This document shows positions 1 to 11,435 of a stretch of 20,000 nucleotides of DNA, piece after piece. The stretch is from Perkinsus olseni (Eukaryota). The stretch covers positions 59,196 to 79,195 of the forward strand of contig JABANN010000078.1 of NCBI GenBank assembly GCA_013115125.1, in the 5' to 3' direction. Below the pieces are notes generated by a model that made no database searches, was not told where the DNA came from, and saw only the letters and a program-made list of their open reading frames with translations. A program made the position numbers and the translations under genes. Every line of letters begins with the position of its first letter. Position 1 is the first letter of the stretch.

Positions 1-2305
1 GGTCTTATGTGCCCTCCTCTCTCTGGCGTACCTCGTACCTAAACGTGTTTGATGCTGCCGTCTTTCATGCTTCACGATCGTGACATTCGCGTCCCCCCCA
101 GTGCTGCTCAATCGGATGGCTATCGTAGCTCTACCCTGCACGGATGCTGCATTAACGAAGCATCAACGACAAACAAGATACGATTGATACCATGCCATCT
201 AGGGCGACTCGCCACTGGCGAGCCCTGCATTTTCTAGGCCCTTGCAATTTGTGGCTCTTCTGTGTTAACCCTGAGCATTGTAGATCTCGATGCGTAAGCA
301 CTCGCCATCTCACAAGTACGAGCGCCCTCGTTTAGAACTGTTCATCAACCCTGCCAACGGCGATCGCCCTGACTGAATACGAGCTCACGCTGCTAGTTCA
401 TAACAATGCAATCCCCTCGGCTGCTTTCTGCCAGCCTGCATGCCCTGGTGATCCTAGCGGCAGCCACTGAACCAGCACGGCATGAATTTCTCAAGGAGCG
501 CACAATAGAGGTGCTGCTGAGTTGCTCGCCTCCATTCCCGTGCAGCGTTGCCCCTCGCGAGTGGCGCATGCTCTTTGGCAGGTCCTCGAGTACGAGTCCT
601 CGCCTGACTATACCCTAGACGATGTCATAGATATCTATGTTGGGGAGTATAAGGTCGCAGGTAAGCACATCGTTGGTGTGTTCGGAATCCGCAATGTAGA
701 CGAATGAAAAGGAGAGTTTGAGGTTTACTATTGCTGGCTCCCTAGCATCTTGGTCACAGCGCTATCGCAGTAGTTGCTACGCGTCGTCCATCCTTCTGTC
801 AGCATGGTTCGTGTCGATGGCACCGTGGAACATTTATCATGGTGGCCTTCAGTTCAAATGCAGAAGGACCAATTACATGTGAGCTTCGATGAATCGTTAT
901 GAGGAGCTGAGAAGACCTGCGGCGGCCTGGCTTAGGTACACTATAGACTACAATGCCAAGTTCGATTCTAACATAACGCATTTCTTGGTGCCAACCGAGA
1001 AGTACGAGGGTCAGCTCGACGACGACGGTTTCCCTACTGGTGGGCTTTGGGAAGTCTGTGGGGTTTTGTAGGGATCGGTCCCAGGTCCTGAGGTTATGCG
1101 GGCGGTGCGCACCCTTGCAAGCTTGGTGACGGGAGAGAGCCCCGATTACAGCGAGGACCACATGAAGAACCTTACCAAGTTTGAATATGGCTGGACGTTC
1201 ATCAAGGCTCTCCGAATGGCGTTATCGGGCGAGTGCTGCCCAACCATACACTGGCCCAACCTCGATCTCTCAGGCGATATGATACCCGGCCTGGAATGGC
1301 GCAATTTCGGTATTCTGCGATTCCGAGATTTCTGGCCCAAGGAGTACAGCTCCAGGGCCTTAGTATTGCCATGTTGACGAATCGTCGAACCCTCGCCTGC
1401 TTTCAGGTTGGCAACATGACAGGGCAGCAATTCGACTCCTTCAAACGGTGGTTTATCGAGGACTGGGCCCGCCCCAGAGACACCTTCGATCCCGTAACCG
1501 TCATCCAGGTCGAGTCAGGCGAGCGAATATGGATGAGCAGGATGTGTCATGATCTAGTCGAGCACGGCCTCAAACAGATGGTCGAAATGGGTGTATCTAT
1601 CGACAAGACCGAGTGGTCCCGGAGGTTGCAGATGTCAGGTTTCTCTCCGCGCCAATCATCCGGTATTTCGTGATCACATCCCAGTTTATGTGAACTACAT
1701 CAAACCCCTTGACGTTCGAGGGAACAGCTTCGACAGACGAGCGGTCGTGAGGTTCCTCCGCCTCTACATGTCTTTCATACCGCAAATGCGGGAACAGTTC
1801 ATCCACTCGAGGGACATGCTCAGGAAGGTGAGCCATAATAGGGAAGTCTCAGGATCCAATCTCCTCGACTCAGGCTTTGGCCATGGGCCTCATGCCAGTG
1901 GGCTACTTCATGGGGAGCTACTACGAGCTTGATATCGTTCCACCACTGATTAACTACTGCTACATCCCCCTCAACATGCCCCGTCTGCTGCCCAATGGCT
2001 CGGCTGTCTACGGGACAGTTGATGCGATGAACCCTAATCGGTCACTTTGTGCATTGCCGAATGTTGATGTGGTAAGTCTGGCATCTACAACGTTGGAGAT
2101 GTTGACTGCTCCCCAGGAGCTCGGCAACGTTACGCTCACGATCGAGGACCGTTTGATAATGTTGGAGAATTATGTGGACCTGTTGTTCAACGCCCCGGAG
2201 AGATTCGAGCACCCGAAGCATCGCAGCGTTTTCATGATGGTCACTGGAACGATTGCATCTGGTGTACTTCTCATCGCGTATTGGGCACGAAAGCACAAGT
2301 GCTGA
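1..2305 (+). CDS. Multi-exon orphan protein, probable signal peptide plus C-terminal transmembrane helix (type-I membrane protein); 5' end truncated by the window
   Basis: Short ORFs join in frame when GT..AG introns are removed, e.g. 661-822, 876-935 approx., 1040-1084 (45 nt), 1363-1406 (44 nt), 1828-1873 approx. This gives ...VAHALWQVLEYESSPDYTLDDVIDIYVGEYKVA-AWFVSMAPWNIYHGGLQFKCRRTNYM-YTIDYNAKFD...GPEVMRAVRTL...ALAMGLMPVGYF...VFMMVTGTIASGVLLIAYWARKHKC*. The window opens on hydrophobic VLCALLSLA. Splicing at ~219-336 is unresolved. No family recognised. Confidence 0.72.
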
Positions 2306-3102
2306 CTCGACAGTGAAGAGGCTGCCTTGCATGTGAATCGCATGACGCGAATCTGCTATTGCTGTTGGACTATTGACTCGCGTTCTCGTAGTTTGTTTGG
2401 AGTAGAAGCGCTACGACGTAGACAGCCAGGTGTTGCTAGGGGAGCGGTGGCTCGCAGCTGCACCCTGCCCCACGATTTCTATGAGAAGAGCCTCTCACTT
2501 AGCAGAGGAGAGCTGGCGAGCTCGATCAGTCGGGCGAGTTGAATGGGTCGAGTGAACGCACTGACGAACCTCCTTCGCATGTCGCAGCCCGCATTAAACG
2601 CGTTCATACAGAGCCGCGCCTTAGAACAGAAAGGCGCTTGACAGTGACGTCGTCGCGAGCATCTTTTCATATTCGGCCATGGACCCTCGTTTCAAGGCAA
2701 AAACTTGATCTAAGTTGTCAAGCCGCGAGCCTGATTTTTCGTTTGCTTGGTGAAAGGACATGCAGTGTAGGAACAGCGCGGAGACACCAGTAGCAAAAAA
2801 GCCCAAGTGCAGTATGGTGACATTATAGTGACGACTGTACGCTATGCATTAGCTGCCTCCCGGTCCAGAGCTACTCAACTGTTAGACTATCATCGCTGCC
2901 ATTACCTTCACTGCTACTGCGTATAATTAGTCTTGGATAACCGTCTGACCTCATTCTGGCCTCGCACTCGCATCCGTATGCGTTCTAGATTACCGTTCGC
3001 TATAAGTCGAATGACGGGCTCGATCCCTCCAATAAATGTTCGCAGACGCGCGCGGATGAGTTGGCAAGACATTTCCCTCAGTTGTTGAGATCAAGCGTTC
3101 AG

Positions 3103-3483
3103 ATGCCCCCTCTCATCGGTGTTATTCTCCTCCTCGCTTGTAGTGGTCTAGTGCTAACTCAGCCGTCTGGTGAATATGGTGGTAATGTCTCAACTGTATT
3201 CGGCGATGCTACGATCGATGTCGCATTCACAAGCCCAACCACCTTTGACATCTCGGCTACGTTCACTTCAACGGACGGAGGAGGAAACGGCACTGAGACG
3301 GGCGTTAGGTTCACTTACAACCCCTCAACAGGCGACATCACCGTTCAGGACACAGACAAGCTGCAGGAACTGATTAATAAAATAGGAGCGCCCATCAGTG
3401 CAGCTGACCTCGCTAACCTCAAGTATGACGGGAAGAATATTATCGTTGTGAACTTGGGTAACTTCGTTCTGAGGCCATGCTGA
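3103..3483 (+). CDS. Intronless small secreted protein, 126 aa, beta-strand-rich, resembling Perkinsus-type lineage-specific secreted proteins
   Basis: ATG at 3103 inside the listed 3061 ORF, directly after CAG. Signal peptide MPPLIGVILLLACSGLVLT, then QPSGEYGG and alternating hydrophobic strands (ATIDVAF, TFDISATF, VRFTY), ending in a terminal Cys. Family resemblance is from recall, not a search. Confidence 0.85.
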   Translation: MPPLIGVILLLACSGLVLTQPSGEYGGNVSTVFGDATIDVAFTSPTTFDISATFTSTDGGGNGTETGVRFTYNPSTGDITVQDTDKLQELINKIGAPISAADLANLKYDGKNIIVVNLGNFVLRPC

Positions 3484-3515
3484 AGAATCGGTTGCCAGGA
3501 GTCTCCTATAGTGAT

Positions 3516-5310
3516 TTAATCTTCTTGATTGTCTTCCAATGTCTCTTCCAGCCAGTCGGTTATCGGTCGGATGTCACTTCTTGAAAACTAATCATGCGTC
3601 TCCAGACTAGGCCCACACATGCCTTTTCAGCAGTCTAAGCCGTACCCATCTCAACTCTTTTATGTGCGATGTTTTCGATGAGTACCACCATTGCTTCGAA
3701 GTCTTATCCTCATCCCACGTCACTTTCGCATCATCTTTCAATGGTCTAGTCCTCGTATATGAAGTCTGGCTATTAGTCAGGGATGAAGCTTCTTGACCGA
3801 CTTAATGAAGTCGGACTTTCAAGTTACGTTCAGAGGCGAGAGGGGCTTGAAGACAAGTCCATCATCAGTCTGTGACGGTGAGTCAGTGTACTTGCTGTGT
3901 CTGCAAGTCATTGACTTGCGTCTGCAATGCAGATTGACATTGTTCCGTCTTTCGCAAGGCACAAACAGACCTCACGCCCCTGAGAAACTGGGGTCAACCT
4001 CCTGCTGATAATGGCACAATGTGTGAGTTAGACTTGTCCTTAGTGGACATCTCTCCGTGGCAGTCTCAGTGTGTATTAGATCCTGTGACAGAATCCTGCT
4101 CAGTGAGCTGGCAACAAAAAAGTCCTCAGCATAGCACAACCCTCCTCGCAGTGTCCGTCAGCAACACCTCGAACCATAAAGAGGAGGGCTACGGGTGGAT
4201 GACTCGAGTAGGGGAGAGTCCACAACCCGGACCCCATTGTGGAGCAATACGGATCAGCACTGCGACGGACGAGGAAAGATGAAGTCTTCACTCTCATTCC
4301 CTGTCGTCCGATCACCTCACCGAGCGATAAGCTGATGAACTGATCTCCTCTACCGGAGAGTATCGAGACTCGCGTTGAGATGCTCGCGTTCCCCAAGAGG
4401 AATACAGCGTTAACACCGCTATGAGGTGGAAGGTACCGCAGTATCGCGGCCTCTCCCATCTCATTCTAACTCGTACTGACGAGACTGCACGCGTTATCAT
4501 ACGTTGATATATCCAGAGGTTTGTTAACAACTCTGAGGACAACAGGTTGAGGAATAAACCTGTTATCAGCAGTACGACGTGGGACGGCGTTTAGTTCATT
4601 AGGTGCTGTCACGACCTTAGGATGCGATGAGCGGAACATCTCGGCCGCGTTCGTTTTGACTGGTACGGACTACGTTGCCCGGCGTGGTCAAGTCACAGGC
4701 ATTTCTGACGTGGTCGACCAGACTGACCACCGAATCAACGTAACTCTCCCGGAAACGGCTGGGCTACGTGTCATCACTGACGTTGGTGAATACCCGGATA
4801 AGTGCGCTGGACATCCGAAAGGCCATCTTCACGGTACCATGTGGTTTTAATCTGGTCCCATGCCTCAGCATAGACGACTGAATACACTACTATGGCCAAT
4901 GGTCAGCGCCCATGGGGTACCAATGGGGTATCAAACCCATTTATGAAGGCCTAGAACTAGGAGCCTGTGCATTCTTGCGTGATGCAGATCTTATCACATT
5001 TTATTCGTTATTCTCATCCATTGTCAGTAGTTCCGTCGGCTCGCGGCGTTTGTTCGCACAAGAAGTGACTAGCACGTCACGGGAGCGCGCCCTCATATCT
5101 TTCTAGCCGATTCATCACTCCCTCGTTGCCGTAAGATGGTGTAGACGGCTGTAGTTTTCAACCAACATTTGTTCTCCACTGTGTTCGTGTTGTGTTCAGT
5201 CGTGTTGGCATCGCTCAGTGAGGAATGTGTTAGTATACGTAAGCGGGTGTAAAGGCGCAGTTTTGTTGATCGGTCCAAGCTAGCTGTCCTCACAGATCCA
5301 CTTTCGCCAT
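3516..5310 (-). CDS. Putative multi-exon hypothetical gene; exon structure not resolved
   Basis: Minus-strand segments bounded by AG/GT read as protein: MAKVDL|GEQMLVENYSRLHHLT, AFINGFDTPL, VYAEAWDQIKTTW, KTNAAEMFRSSHPK, ...DDAKVTWDEDKTSKQWWYSSKTSHIKELR, SDIRPITDWLEETLEDNQED* (TAA 3518-3516). A continuous frame was not fully verified. Confidence 0.45.
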
Positions 5311-5437
5311 GTACTAGTGTGTGTTGTCTTCTTCTGCTCGTAAGGGAAGGAGCGGTAATCGCCTACCTAGGGATCCGCCCCTCAGCTCCCAACCGGAAAT
5401 AAAGACAAGAGGGCACTCTTCACTACACAAGACTGCT

Positions 5438-6905
5438 TCAGTTGAACAACAGCCTATTCTCTCAACCGAGAGACATGAATCTTCCATGGGTTCAGGGCTT
5501 GCGGTGTTATCCTATCTTCCACAGATTTCTCATTCCCTCGCCTTCGAGTTGCCTCGTGAGCTTGCCGTTCCAAGACTAGAGCTCGGCGGAGTTGCCCAAG
5601 CCTGACCACGAACAACACTCGAAATCTTCACATCGCATCTGGGGCTCGCAATCCGCTAAGTGACTGTGACGAAGCTTCGCACTCTCTATTGGCCTCAGCC
5701 AAGGTTCTTCTGAGTTCGCCCAGGTCATCGCCTTCCCCACACCTATCAACTTTCACCGGGGCTGACGCTCGTCGTGCGGCTGTTTTAACAGCATTCAGCA
5801 CCCCAGGATCTGGACAGTTGACGTTCTCCGTTCGTTGATTCAGCCCTACCTCGAACAGCTTCTCGCTCGGCTCTGCCCTCTCGTTGTGTACGCGCTTTTT
5901 TAGCAGCAGTCGTTGCTCGAAGTTGCGTCCTGTATGGGCATCATACATGAAGGCAATGGAGAACGGCAGCCTACAGCCGTTCGATGAGCCGAGACTTCTC
6001 CTTAGTCAGCGCAGCGATCTTCATATCCTTCTGCTCGTTCAGCTTCCTCAATATCTCGACGTCCCGTGTGGCCTTGTCGAATGTCGTCTAATCATAATCA
6101 GAGATTGCCCATCGAGCACAACAATTCTCGATGAGTCTTTTGAACAAGACAGGCGGAAAGATACGAATTTCCAGCCCGACTTTCTGAGCGGCCAGGTTCT
6201 CCATCGCATGAGCAAGTTGCTGGTCTCGAGCAGCCAAGTCCCGCGCAAGCTTCTCGGACACTTCTCCACTGTGTGCCTTCGCCTCTCGCAAATCCTACCG
6301 GTAGACTTCACCGCATGCCCACGAGTGCCGCTGACCTCGATCTCGCTGTCTCTCCTTTCGAGCAGGTCTGCCAGTTTTTTGCACTCGCCTCTGAGGCTGT
6401 GCACCTCTCGGTCGGCCTGCTCGAAACTCTGGGAGATAACTCTATTTCTTCCGTCCATCTCTTGCAATGTCCGATGGTTCTTTTCGATTTCATCAGCTTT
6501 AGCCTCCAATAGAGCTGCCATTGCTGACCGGCCGGTCTTCGCTTCGGTCAACTCCTGTTCTAACCTAATCAGACGACCGCCATGCTGCTTCAGAATGCAA
6601 TATTTGGATTCACTCAATAGGCCCGTCCTCCGACCCAGTAGAGGCACTCGTGGGATCAGAGGAGCCGAATGCGGGAGGTGCTACTCTGTGCATCGCCGAG
6701 CTTCTTCAGCAAGGCCGACCCGGAGGCGATCGTTCTCGTCTTTCAACTCAGCCCACCTGCCGCCGAGGACGACAGACATTTGAAGTTTTGAATCCACACC
6801 CTAGCCAGAATTCGACGAATGCTTGCTTCGCTCCGCTTGTTCCACCGTAAGAATCCCGTTTGTGTCCAACCTCGCAGAAACCAACTCTGCCTCTTCGACT
6901 TGCAT
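5438..6905 (-). CDS. Multi-exon coiled-coil protein of unknown function
   Basis: Phase-compatible exons: MQVEEAELVSAR|WAELKDENDRLRVGLAEEARRCTE|LEQELTEAKTGRSAMAALLEAKADEIEKNHRTLQEMDGRNRVISQSFEQADREVHSLRGECKKLADLLERRDSEIE|DLREAKAHSGEVSEKLARDLAARDQQLAHAMENLAAQK|TTFDKATRDVEILRKLNEQKDMKIAALTKEK|TQLRATTAAKKAR...|DDLGELRRTLAEANRECE|LGQLRRALVLERQAHEATR. E/K/R/L/A-rich heptads. The 3' end is approximate (5438 or 5454). Confidence 0.75.
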
Positions 6906-7108
6906 GCTCGCTGTCAAAGGATGTCAATCGTGGACGTGTATCGAGGTGTGAACTCTGTTTCGAACGTAATCAAAAATGATCAGGACCGAAAGGCGGGCAC
7001 TGGCCAACATGAGGTCCTGCACACAATCCTTGGTCCTAGCATGTCTTTCTATGTTCTCGGCCCAACGGGTGAGCCATTGATAGGCATTGCAACTCAACAA
7101 CCAGTCGA

Positions 7109-10055
7109 TCACGAAAACGAAGTGTGAAAGGCTCCTGTGTGGAACCTAGATTTCATAGCCTTATTCCCCTCGATCATTCTAGCTAGATCATCCTTCCCTC
7201 GGCCAAACTTCGAGCCCTGCAGGTCGGTGGTCGGATCAAACATCTTTCGACCACTGGCCGTAACCGTCCCCTCTGAGCGACCCGGCATGCCCGCTGTAGC
7301 TGCATCTGAGACGAGGCGTCATGGCCTTGCGTTCATTAATAGTTTGGCGGCGCGCATAGGTCAACAGAGAGCGACGACTCCCCTAGTGTATTACTAAACA
7401 TGCCACTACTGGCTCGACCGTCATCACCATCCCCTTCGAGCCTCTTCTGCCTCAATGCCTCCTCTCTGCGTTGGGCTGCAGCATTCTTACCCCACAGATC
7501 CACCTTGCCCGACCCTGAGAGAAGTTGGACACGTGAGAACCTCCGGCAGCCGGTCAACCCTCCCCGTCATCAACGACCGCTATTATTAGCTTCACGTCTG
7601 CGGCCAGCGTATTCGCACCGACAGCCTCCTGTCCCATACTACGGAGCTTCCTCAGTTGTGATACTTGCTCCTTTTTGTCAAAGTGCCCCTCAGAGTAAAT
7701 TTCCACCAGAGACTTTCCTCCGTACCTAGTCAATAAACAGCTGGGGAGGGTCACAACAACGAATACCAGCAAATCAAGATCATCAAATCCCATTCGTACT
7801 ACACGAATGCGCATGGGTAAGCCGGGACCGATACGTACCGTACGGGACCGGCACAACTCGAGCGATACTGAATCCTCATCTACCAGAGATAGGCCCCATA
7901 TCACTTGGCTTGACTATACTTCTCCACCTCCCTTCTGGCCTCCTCTTCCTCCGCTACTTCCTTCGCGGACTTCTGCCTTTTAGCTGCCTTCTCTGCTTTT
8001 GCCTTTAACTCCTCTTTCGATGCCCAAATATCCTTCATACCCTCCGGGCAGTCAGTCATCCACGAAGCCCGCTTGCTATCACTACTGCTGCTGCTGCTAG
8101 GAACAGTAGGGCCTGCAACACTCGAATAAGATCCGCTGGGACAACAGAGTACCGGTCTATCTAAATCATGAGGGAAACTCATAAGTAAGTTTCGAACCAT
8201 TCTTTCAAAACTTATCGCAACCAAAAAAGAGAGCGGTCCTCGGAGATTATATTCCACCCTTCACTTGCGGATACGGTACGCTCCAGTAAAAGGCCTTCAT
8301 TACCAGGCATCTTCCTCGGAGCTCTCTCCTCTCCCTCTGGCAAGGGTCCCACCTCTCCTTCCTGATCCATAGAAGCGGCTGACTTCTCCGCTAACACCGC
8401 CTGCTGCTCCCGAGACCACGGTAATTGAGGACCCAGGGGACCTGTCGCCTCGGGTGGCTGAAAAATACACCTTGTTACTAGCGGAGCGAAGCATGCATTA
8501 GCCAGAAGTCCTTCTAATTGATCACTCCAAAGATCGATACTTAATCATCCACCAGCGCCCTTTTACTACTCTCTCAGATCGTATCTCCTCCTGGATCGCG
8601 CTTGACTCCTCCTCAACCTCACGACTTTGCTGCTTTTCCTCCGCTAAGGCCTGGGCCTGCTTGGCGCACTTCTTGAAGTGCCGCCTGGACGAATGTGAGT
8701 CCCCTTTGCGGTACGTTTGGTTGCCGTTTACTTGAGATTGAACTTAAGATCGGTCGGAGCAAACCATTCACTTCCTGTTCCCTCCCGGAGACCGAATACG
8801 CGTAACAAATGCCGAAGCTTCTTACGAGGGTTGAAGTCGCGATCGAAAGTGCCTGTAAAGTAGGAAGGGTCCACAGCCCAAGCGAGCAATAAACAATCGG
8901 ATAGGGACTCCCTCCATAACCGACGTAACGTAAAATGATCGAGGAACCATTCCAAATGATCCTGCCAGCAGTTTCCCTTTTATGAGCTGTTCTTGATGGG
9001 CGGATTTTTCGGGGCACCGTTCGACTATTTTTGCATTGAAAAGAGCAGTTTGCCAGCAACCAGGCCAAGCTGGGTGTCAATTTTCGGCATTACCGTGCAG
9101 TCGAAGCTCCCTCCTAGGATTTCTTTAATGGTGGAGTGCATAGGATGAGTATATCACTGGGGGCACAGACAGTAGCCTATGACTGAGGGTAATCGCGGTA
9201 CTAACGAGATACTTTCCTACCAAGCTCGCAGTGGAGCATGGAACGATCAGCATGTACACGGCCTCTCAGGCACCATCCAATTCTGCCCACTGCCCCTAAT
9301 CCGTGGAAAACATTCCTCAACGAAACCGGAATTCTGAGTCATTCACCCTGTTCCGATACGCTACAGGATGTCATATCCTATCAAGCCTACTGGCCGATGG
9401 CGAAGTATGCTAGATCCAAGGGTGGGGCCTAACAGCACTCATATCTCAGACTCCAACTCCTCAACCGCCTTGCGAACGATATAGTTTCCGGCCCATCAGG
9501 ACAGTCCCGTATTGGATATAGCTAACCGAGATTCAACCTCCCTCATCGGTGCATTCCCACAGTACCTTCCGTAGGGACTTGTGAAATATTAATTTTCCCG
9601 CCCTCGTGTAGTGACGTGAAGAGCCCCAAAAGCTCATCTGAGAGCCATAGCCATTCCCGATCTAGCACTGTCAAACGCCAGTCGGCCAAGTCGCGCACAA
9701 GGGCAGTTCCTGCTAGAAGGCCTACCTGATGATCTCGGATCGTGCAATATACAGTCCCGTATCAAAGACACCGCTCTGTCCTCGTCATAGTAAGCCCTCT
9801 CGCTGCTGCTCGATCTCGATGATACAGATGGTGACCGGGAGTCGCGCTTGTGATGATGCCGCCGATGTTTCTTCCGAGACCTCTCCTTCTTAACGTCTCC
9901 TGTAAGGATACCATCACCGAACGAAGACTCCGAACTCGGACTCTCGTCTTACTTCGGGCCTCGACTCGGTCCCGTCTGCGATGCTTGTGGTCATGCTTCC
10001 TCCGTCGCGAACGATCATCTTCACTCCCTTCGCTGTCCGAGCTGCGATGACCCAT
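7109..10055 (-). CDS. GPALPP1: GPALPP-motif / DUF3752-family protein with an R/S/H/K-rich N-terminus (about 10 exons)
   Basis: Exons 10055-9953, 9899-9726, 9637-9566 and 8852 onward splice in phase: MGHRSSDSEGSEDDRSRRRKHDH...DRAVSLIRDCILHDPRSSDELLGLFTSLHEGGKINISQVPTEGTFDRDFNPRKKLRHLLRVFGLRE... Then GP motifs (GPLGPQLP, VGPLP, AGPTVP), KRASWMT (cf. REEWMT), EVEKYSQAK-YGGKSLVEIY, and a last exon RKMFDPTTDLQ...MKSRFHTGAFHTSFS* (cf. DUF3752 RPFDRDKDL...SRF). TGA at 7111-7109. Family call is by motif recall. Confidence 0.78.
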
Positions 10056-10518
10056 GAGTGAGATCACAACGAGATCTATACACCGGTCCGAGTTACCGAG
10101 AGCCCTTTCGCTACGTTCGGCTACCTATCATTCAACTCAACAACCGATGTGATGGAATTACTTCATGGAGGCGTCGAGGACGGCGCACCACCGCGGCGGT
10201 GACTGAGCTGACAGTGTCAGAAAATCTCATTGCGTTATAATGATGATAATAGGCTTGTCTATCTTAACTATGCGGGATTTTTACGAGCAGAAGTTGAGTA
10301 TGCAGATGATACCAAAAAAACCCGGACTGACAGCAACTCCGGGCGGGTTAAAACGAATATCCATCGATCTTACTTGCTGTCCTCTTACACCCATCGACGT
10401 TGATATAAAGAAAAAATACCGAGTCTTCGACAACCACAAAATACTACGACTAGCATAAAGAAATAATGATCCACGAAATGCCCAGGATAAACGCATCTCG
10501 AACATAATAGCACTGCGG

Positions 10519-11435
10519 CTACCACCGGTTCAATAAGCGTCTTTCTTCAATATTGGGAATGCTCGAGTCGAGCTCACAATCCAGGAGAATGCTGAGAGAC
10601 GTGAAAACATCTCCCATGGCAGCAAAGCCCAACTGGTCTTCCACGACACTCGCGGCAACCGACTCGAGAAGGACCTTGTTTACGAATTCAGTAGCATGAC
10701 TGGCATTGGGAGTGATGACATCCGAGCTGCCGAAGCTCTGAGGGGTCGAGAGGGGCGGCGGCAGAAGCAACCTGGGCTCTTTGTTGGATACCGGTCTAAG
10801 CCTTGAATCAGGCGGGTCGATACGAAGACCACTGCTGTTGTCAGTAGGCCTGGATGACGTCGAATGATGGGACTTCTTGACACCTTTCGGAGGACCACCG
10901 TGATAGAGAGAGAGGACGTAGTCGTTATTGGGGTCTACACGATTCGAGGCAGAGAGGCGAACACCGGAGAGAACCTCTTCTTCGCTGTGAGCATTTCGAC
11001 AACCATCGCCCAAGTTGCAGCCATGAGAGGTGCTTAGGTACTTGCACAGCCTCTTGATGACGGGCATGGGGGACTTCTCGAGCTCGTCCTCATCGTGAGC
11101 AAACGGGCATGCACCGCGACCACAACAGTATCCTGCCTTAGAAGGGCACAGATAAGACTTGGGACGGGCCAGTTGGTAGGGCGAATGAGCGAAGGGACAC
11201 CTGTCACCATCAAGACACCCTTGACCACCTGTGACATTATAGACACAGAATCGAGAACGATACCTGGGGGGGAGGACAGCGCGAGGAGCAGGGGAAATCA
11301 GTGGCCAAAAACGACCTACCTATGAAGAGGGTGGCTTTTAAGAGGACTCCCGAGCTGAGGGGAGCTAAGCATCCCGGTCGGGGTGGAAGGAGCCGTGCTG
11401 ACCGAGGAGAAAGGAGAAGAGTCTGGATAGTACAT
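10519..11435 (-). CDS. Triple CCCH zinc-finger RNA-binding protein, 286 aa, two exons (11435-11320, 11263-10519)
   Basis: A 56-nt intron at 11264-11319 (GTAGGT...CCCCCAG) gives an 861-nt CDS. Fingers: RFCVYNVTGGQGCLDGDRCPFAH (C-x9-C-x5-C-x3-H), YLCPSKAGYCCGRGACPFAH, RLCKYLSTSHGCNLGDGCRNAH (C-x8-C-x5-C-x3-H). S/P-rich flanks. Confidence 0.9.

Noticed and set aside
740..760. CCCTAGCATCTTGGTCACAG, loosely similar to the Perkinsus/dinoflagellate spliced leader
   Set aside because: Needs several gaps and lies in a predicted intron rather than a 5' UTR. The weak match at ~3085-3095 is likewise unconvincing.
2479..3000. Possible small minus-strand spliced gene (NLERIRMRVRGQNE, SRLDNLDQVFALKRGSMAEYEKML)
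   Set aside because: Could not build a consistent start-to-stop model.
5884..6783. Longest listed ORF (299 aa, + strand)
   Set aside because: S/L/R/C-rich antisense shadow of the minus-strand coiled-coil gene; non-ATG start.
7730..8560. TGATGA/GATGA-like boxes in mid-sized introns as C/D snoRNAs
   Set aside because: No well-placed box D with a terminal stem or recognisable rRNA guide; would need snoscan or Infernal.
7109..9100. First impression of a frameshifted retrotransposon gag remnant
   Set aside because: Frame changes coincide with GT-AG introns and the spliced product has DUF3752-like motifs; no zinc knuckle, RT or integrase motifs.
9501..9762. 12-mer ACAGTCCCGTAT repeated at 9501 and 9751
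   Set aside because: Several 12-mer repeats are expected by chance in 20 kb; no extended similarity or element between them.
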